Notes under the pieces: model-generated | The model's input: the letters and a program-made list of their open reading frames with translations, nothing else | Told to the model about the DNA's origin: nothing | The model's database searches: none | Translations under genes and position numbers: made by a program | Source of the DNA: Perkinsus olseni | Taxonomy: Eukaryota | Reading direction: 5' to 3' | Length of the DNA stretch: 55,134 bases | Assembly: GCA_013115125.1 (NCBI GenBank) | Contig: JABANN010000188.1 | Location: 1 to 55,134 of the forward strand | Part shown: positions 48,274 to 55,134 of the stretch, piece by piece | How the letters are laid out: each line of letters begins with the position of its first letter | Numbering within the stretch: the first letter of the stretch is position 1

Positions 48274-51200
48274 ATGGTGATGACTTCAGAGGCATCATCC
48301 AGCACTCCTCGAGAGGCCTTCGATCCTTCCGACGAGAACCGCGCTTACCCGATAGCTAACGTAGGATTTGCAGCTCCAGGAGGGTCATCGCTAGTGGTAG
48401 CCGCTTTAGGGTGCTGATGGCGTACGAAATGAGAGGGATGAGGCTTTGCGGAAGATCAAGGTGGGTCCGGTCGTCCCCTTGGAGGCAGCAGTCATCAGCG
48501 GTAGTAGTTACTAGAGCGCAACCTGGCTAACCTCCGCACTTCTGCTGCAAAGACAGCTAGGGAGTTGGAGCTCACCAATCAGGAGATTGTCGAGAGCGCG
48601 AGGTGAGGCGGGCGTGTGCTGCAGTTGAAGGAAGAGTGTCGATAGATGAGAGACAGGGGGCTTGGTGTTACGACTTAGATATCGTTTGGAGGCGGAGTCC
48701 TGGTCTGACTCTGAAGGGGAAGGGAAGCCACGGGATGGGGAGGATCCATCTGAAGGGCCTAGAGGCAGAGAGAGGCTGCAGGCAAGCCACTGGCCGGTGG
48801 CTGCTGGTGATGTCCTGGACTAGCAGACCTTGGAGGAGTCGTTTACTGGTCTGGTGGCTGGACTTAAGAGGTTGGATAATATCAGACATAGTGCAGCTGG
48901 AGGGAAGAAGGCTGAGGACTCGGAGAGGTTGAAGCAGGCCACCGAAGGATACTGTGTAGGGACTTTTGTATCCAATAGACACTACTAGTTCTCCAATGAG
49001 AGGCGTCTCGCGGCTCGGTGCCGGAGAGGTCCTCATGCCAGTGTTGGTGTCGGGTAGGTGCAGACGAAGGCTCTACTCCGAAGGAGTATTGCCGCCACTG
49101 ACGTGGTGGTGGCCGACATGATCCGAGCGAGGAAGGACGCCGGCCGTCACAAGGCTAAGAGCGAGCAGCTTGAGCGAACAGTACGTCCCAGCGCTGCTCT
49201 TCGACAGCATCCACTTTCGTAGCGTGTAGGTTTACAAGCTAGACGCAATGCTCAAGCAGAGCCACGCCCGCCGCCATGGTCAGCCTCAAGCTAAGATACT
49301 TCTCAGGAAGTGGATTCTCAGACAGAAGCGTGCGATAGTCCTGCGCTGCCGTCGAGAATGCTGGCTCGCTAGGCACGCTCGTTACAGCTGTTGTCCGCTG
49401 CTGGTCCGCCTACACCCGTCAGGCTATAACTAGTAGGGTCACGGCGGAGGCGGATATCAGGTGATATCGCCACCGAGAAAGAATGGCGATGTCGGGGATT
49501 CTGTTAGAAACCGCCGATGCTCAGCGCTGAGTCGGACAACTCTGCAATCTTGGAGACGGTGTGCTGAGGGGCCACGAGGGCAGCTAGCGGTACTGGTGGC
49601 CAACAAGGGCCCCTGTGAGAGACGCATTTATCGGCAATTCAGTCCCCTTCGGAGCCGGGAGTAGATATCGCCACGACGACACAGACGGCCGCGCTGGAGG
49701 AAGAGATAGTACTGCTGAAGGCAACGAGGGACCAGTTGGAAGCCGATAAGGTGGCACCGCCGGTAGCTCCGCTCCGCTAGGATCACACCCCGGCCTCTCA
49801 GGCGGGCCTGCGGGTAGAATGCGAGCGGGCATCGAAGGAACTACGAGAAAGAGAGACTGAGCTCAGGGCGGTGCAGGAGGCAGCCATCGGTACCGTTCCT
49901 AAAGGGAGGAGACAGTCGCTGGTTGCCAATCCCATAGGTACCTCCTCACTTGCCTCCGATCTGGCCGCGGAGAGGGAGCGATCAGCTTCGTTAGAGGCTC
50001 GCCTTGAAGATACTGCTGCCAAGGTCGCTGAGTTCCAGGCGATGCTTGAGAGGAATCAAGTATCGTCCGCAGGGGCCTCTACTGGTCTTCTCATCGCTAT
50101 CGTGGTGATCAGGCTCGGGCCCCAGCGATGGAAGAGAAGGCCAGCTCAGTCACGGGCGAAGTGAGCCAATCGTGATGCCCCAGAACTGCCAACTTCGTAT
50201 TCTCAGAGCCCAGATGCCTCCCCTGAAGTTGAGCAGCTCCGTACTAGGATCGAGGGGCTCGAGCTGGAGCTCGGTACTGTCCAAGGGGAACCCTCGACGG
50301 CGGACTCGTGCGCCTGTACTGTTTCAGAGAGGGCTGAGGGGCGACGCCGAGCTGGTGAAGAAGGTCTCCTTATCGAGAGTTCAAAGGAGGTCAGGCGTGA
50401 CGGAGCTCCTGAGGAGTGATGTTGACGCTTGCGCAGGACGAAATCGAAGATACTCGGGAGAAGTGGGCGCAGTATCAAAAGACACAGCTGAAGCTGGCAT
50501 CGCTAAAGGAAGACCTTCAAGGGCAGCTGCGAGTTAATGAGGTATTGATTCTGTGATCTGATGAGGTTTCCTTCGGAAGCAACTGTGAGACCAGTGCCTG
50601 TTCACCCCTTGACGTACCCGGTTCTGTTCGGCGAAGAAGGGGATATGAGTATTTTTCGGCAAAGTCTCGCTCCGTGCCTTAGCCTGCTGCTGTCTCACAG
50701 GAGTTGAAGGCGTCCTCTAGTGCCGAGAAGGAAGCGATGCTCAAGGAGCTCGAGGGACTGCGAGCGGAGATGGCCAACTTGGCGGAGGCTAACGAGGTGT
50801 GATGCGGAGCCTCCGATGGGCCTCCACTCACCCGCTCAGGAACTCCGCCGGGCCGCTGAAGGATTGCAGGCTCGGGAGGATCAACTGAACAGGAGGCTTG
50901 CCTTGAGCAGGGAAGAGGCAGAGGTCAGCAAGGCTCTTCTATGGTTCGTATCAGTCCTGCACATTAGTCGGGGAGGGATGGTCGGCTGTGCTTTCTGGCG
51001 AGGACGATGGTTCGGTCAGGATCAGCGGGCACGACTTGCAGAGGATCTGCAAAGCAAGGTTGGTGAGCTTCAAGACAAACTGAATGCCGTCGAGGAGGAG
51101 AAGAAGGTGAGGGTTTCGGATAGGAGTGATTTTGCGAGGAGAGCTGGGTCGGGTGTTCTTGTGTAAAAAATGTCGTCGCGAGTCGCGAAGGGGGTTGCAG

Positions 51201-54200
51201 AGGCTCGGATTTCAGAGGAGTGCGGAGGCCCTGACAAGTGCTAGAGATGCATTGATGGCCAGGGTGAAAGGGCTGGAGATTCAGCTCAAGGGTAAGGGAA
51301 TGCGAGCTTGGCCCCCTAGCTGAGCACATCGGCAAGAGTCTAAGCCGGAACCGGCTTTAGACTATGAACTCAGACACACGCTCGGACTCGGAGGCCACCC
51401 TTATTCGGTCATACAATCTTTTGGGATGTACTCCTAGCGGAGGAGCGAGGGGAATCTTAGCTGCAAGCAGGTGTTCTCAGGTTATGAAGAGGAGAGGGAG
51501 TCTAGCCGATCCGAGAAGGAGCGGATGGAGGAAGAGACTGAGAAATTGAAGGCGTCGCTGTACGAGGTCCGGAAGGAAAACGAGCGACAAGTAGGCCTGC
51601 CTCCCAAGCCTCCTCGGTGCCGATCCGGGCCCAGGCAAAGGAGGCCGCCGACAGCCTCGATGAAGCTATGGCGAAGATGGAAAGGGAGAGGCAGGAGCTG
51701 AGGAGCGATAAGGTTGGGGGTCCCATCGCTCCTGGGGCCTGGGGCCTGCGGAGTGGGTGCCCTAGTAGGCGAATCTCCAGAAGGAGATCGACGAGGCCAG
51801 AGCCCGTTTGGAGGTATCCGAGGAGCAACTGCGAGAGACCCAGGAAGTGATGACCTTGCAAGGAGCGGTTCCAGGGCTGCGGCTGCTCAGGTGGAGGAGC
51901 GTACGAAGGTTGATAACGAGAAGGTGGTAGAGTCATTGAGGAGTCAACTTGGCAGCCTGCGCGAGGTGGGAGGTCGGGAAAGTGTCGCCAGGGAGGCAGC
52001 TGATTGCAGGAACACGCGAGGTCGGTTGACGAAATGAACGGCAGTCATCAAAAGGAAGTTGAGTCTCTCACTGCTACTGTGGATGCTCTGGAGACTAAGG
52101 TAGCTCCCTGCTCCCCGCCACAAGATTGGCAGCGCCCTTCATGGTCTACAACTTTACCACTTAGATACGAGACATGAAGGTTGCTGAGGAAAAGGGAGAG
52201 ATGGCTGATGACGAGCAGAGAAGTGGGAAGCTTTTAATCCTCGAAGCCTCCAGGCAGTAGCTTTCGTCTTGGGCGATGGAACCTCAGCCGTTGAGGATGA
52301 CTGCACTCGGTTCTGTCGCAGGGAAACTGCAGAGTGAACTAGAAGAGCTGGAAAGGAGATCTGCGGAGCGCGAGGCCGAGTTGGAGCGAGAGGTGGCGGA
52401 GATGTCTCGCCAGTTGGAAGCGGTGAAGGAAGAGCTACAGGAGAAGGCCTCCGACCTCGTAAGCCTGACTGGCGGCTGTGCGCCTCGGATCTCAATAACG
52501 GACTTTTTTTGTAGGCCAGCAGAGTGGGTAGGCTGGAAGAGCAGACAGCTCTGTGTGATGAAGCGAAGCGAGAGTTGTCCACTGAGAGGACGGAGCGAGT
52601 GGGGGCCACTCGCTAGCTTCGATCAACCGATGGTAATCACAGGTCGCGGTGGAAGAGCGCTCACAGAAGACCGAGGAGGAGCTACAGGAGGTAAGGGTTG
52701 GCGGCAGGTGATGAGGAATTAGTCGAGATCTATAGTGTTGGGAGGACGCGTCTGGCGTTGGATCCCGTGCGTTGTGGCGTATATAGGGCCGAGACAAAAG
52801 GGAAACAGCCTGGCACTCGCTCAAGATCTTTCTTTCTTTGAAATGAAGAAGGTTGCTTTCTGCCGAGGTGATGGCACGGGTGGAGGAGGCCGATCGGAAG
52901 GTGTCGGACCTAGAAGAGGCGCTGAAGCGAGCTCTGAGCGAAAAAGTGAGCTCCACCCCGGCTGGCGTCGATGTCAGTCCTCCCGCCTCTTCAAGGCCCA
53001 GCTGTTGGAAGAAAATGTTGTACTAGGAGAGCGCATCGGCGCGTTCGAGGAGTCCTCTGCTGGGGAGGAGGCACTAGTCTCACAGCTGAGTGAGTTGGGG
53101 TTTTACGGTATGGGTAATAAATCTCATACGTGACAGATGAGGCCAAGGCTCAACTGCAGAGCCTTCAGGCTGATAATCAGAAGCAGGTGGAGCGGATGGA
53201 GGAACTCGAGGCGTCCAAGAAGACCTTGGCTGATGTGAGCAAGCGACCGACTTTCAACAGCAACCTCTTCGTTCGCTTGGTGCACTTGGTCTCTTCAGGA
53301 CATATGGAAGCAAGAGGTCTGTTTGAAGGAGGCCGAGGAGGGCAGGCAGAAAGCGGAGACTGCCCTACGTAGTGGCTAGTTTCAGAGAGATCGGTAGGCT
53401 GCATGGTCCCTCAGATAAGACCGAGGCTGAGCTGAGCTCCTCGAGGGCTCAACTGGAGGAGATGGTGGTAAGAGCGGCAGGCGGTGTGGACGCACTGGAA
53501 AATTCCAAGGTGTCTCGTCATCGTGGAAGCACCGGTAGAATTTGATTGGTTTGTCAGAAGAGGTGCGAGGAGCTGGAGAGGGCGTTGAGGGAGGCTACGG
53601 CTACCGGTGACGCCCGGGAGCAGGAGATGTCTCAAGTAAGCAGGATGTCGGGTTCCGTGTTCACCGGCTGGCGGTCTATAAGCGGCCTGAACGATGCGTC
53701 CTGATCAGGCCAGTGGCTATGTATGTCTCTCTTTCACTTAGGAATGTTCCCGGCTAAGGGAGGCCATTGCGGAGATGGAGGGGCAGTTGACGGAAGCGAT
53801 CAGACTCTCAGGTGGGGCAGTCCCCAGCTACGTGTTTTCACTGTCGTGGCGTTTAGAGGAGAAATCAGAGGAGATGAAGTCCCTTCAGAAGACGATTGAT
53901 ACGCTACGGGAGACTATCCATCACGGGGAAGGCGAGAAGAAGGCAGGGCGGTTGTTAGCAGTATTCAGCGAAACGGTTGATCGATTCGGACTTGGCCAAT
54001 ACTTGAGTCACTGTTGTGATTGCCTTCCGTTCGAGGCTTGGTTCACTACGGAACCTAACCATACTCAGCCGCGCATTTGTTGGGGACAATGGCGGCTTTC
54101 TCGGCCGTCTTGTTCTCGGGGGAGGGCGTGGTACGTGATGCATCTCAGGCTCTGAAGAAGAGCATTGACGAAGTTCGATCCGTGGTCGAGGGGAAAGAGT

Positions 54201-55134
54201 CGGCCTTGGCCACTCTCGAAAATCAGATTGGTGTGACTGCCTCGCAGTGGATTGGGCCAACCGACAGCAATGACGCATTTGTAGGTAAGTTGAAGTCCAA
54301 GTTGGCGGAGGAAGATGCCCTCCAAAGGGAACTCTGTAAGGAGCTTGAGGAGGCCCGACAAGAGATAGAGTTACTCAAGGTGGCTCCTCGGTACTTCGGC
54401 CGGCTGTTGAGGAAGCTCCTTCTCAGGAGCGAGCTGAGATCGATACAGCTGTCCACGAGGAAGTTGCAGGGCTGCAGGAGGAGGCGGATGCTGCGAGAGA
54501 ACATATTGGTGGGGAGAAAGTGGCTCACGGTGGCTCCTGAGTGGCTCCTGACGTTAGCTGATCTCAATCGACAACTCAATGAGGCCCAGGATGAGATCTC
54601 CAGGCTCACAGAGGCGATGAGGGAAGTCGAGGGCTCGATTGAGGCTCGAGCGGTACGAATTTCTGATGAAGGGAGCAGGTTACTGCTGGGCTCAGGCGTC
54701 GTCTGATAAGCTCATTAATGAGCAGCGGGAGAGCCACGCGGCGACCGTACAGAACCTGGAAGAGGTCAGATCTTGAGTGACGCGTTTGTTCTTCGTCCAG
54801 TATTACTGGGGCTTTCAGGATAAACGGGCGACTGAGGTCATCGTCAAGGAGCGCGGGATGGAGATAGCGAGGCTCGAGGAGCTACTCAAGTCCGCGGAGG
54901 GCGCCTCTGGTAGGGAATAGCAGTTTGAGCCAGGCCGATGTCTGTCCCTCAGAGGACCTCAAGGGGTCGGTGGAGACCTTGCAGCGTCGGCTTAGTGAAG
55001 CGACCGAGCGCGAGGCGGCGAGTGAAGCTGAACTGGTGGGGAGGGTTGAGGGTTTTGAGATCATGCTTGCGCTAGTACCTTGGGAAATGTACCAGTTCCA
55101 GGTAGCCTCGAGGGATGAATGCGAAGCTCTGCAG
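48274..55134 (+). CDS. Very long multi-exon coiled-coil protein (myosin-tail/golgin/centrosomal-like); runs off the window end
   Basis: Dozens of short E/K/L/A/R-rich exons (e.g. KLQSELEELERRSAEREAELEREVAEMSRQLEAVKEELQEK) separated by GT..AG introns. No globular domain recognised. Confidence 0.8.

Overview
Gene-dense eukaryotic DNA with many short (about 45-55 nt) GT-AG introns, short intergenic gaps and long same-strand gene blocks. This style resembles an alveolate such as Perkinsus, which is an inference from sequence style only. About 15 protein-coding genes can be reconstructed: a partial repeat-module surface protein, a Gly/Tyr-repeat protein, a multi-pass adenylyl cyclase, two tandem intronless AAAP/SLC38 amino-acid transporters, an SNM1/DCLRE1 nuclease, a mitochondrial carrier, a DASS/DiT-like transporter, an intronless membrane protein with a split TIR-like domain, a CAMK-group kinase, a divergent formin, HemK/PrmC, UTP10/HEATR1, PHYHD1, KDSR and a partial giant coiled-coil protein. 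No rRNA, tRNA, CRISPR array or recognisable transposon was seen. Two observations stand out. (1) A 56-60 nt non-coding element, identical at 47 of 49 flank positions and forming a hairpin with a compensatory change, lies downstream of both diverged amino-acid transporter paralogues. (2) A polytopic membrane protein has a TIR-like domain, with the catalytic Glu intact, that is interrupted by transmembrane helices. Exon boundaries were inferred by eye, so the ends of multi-exon genes are approximate.
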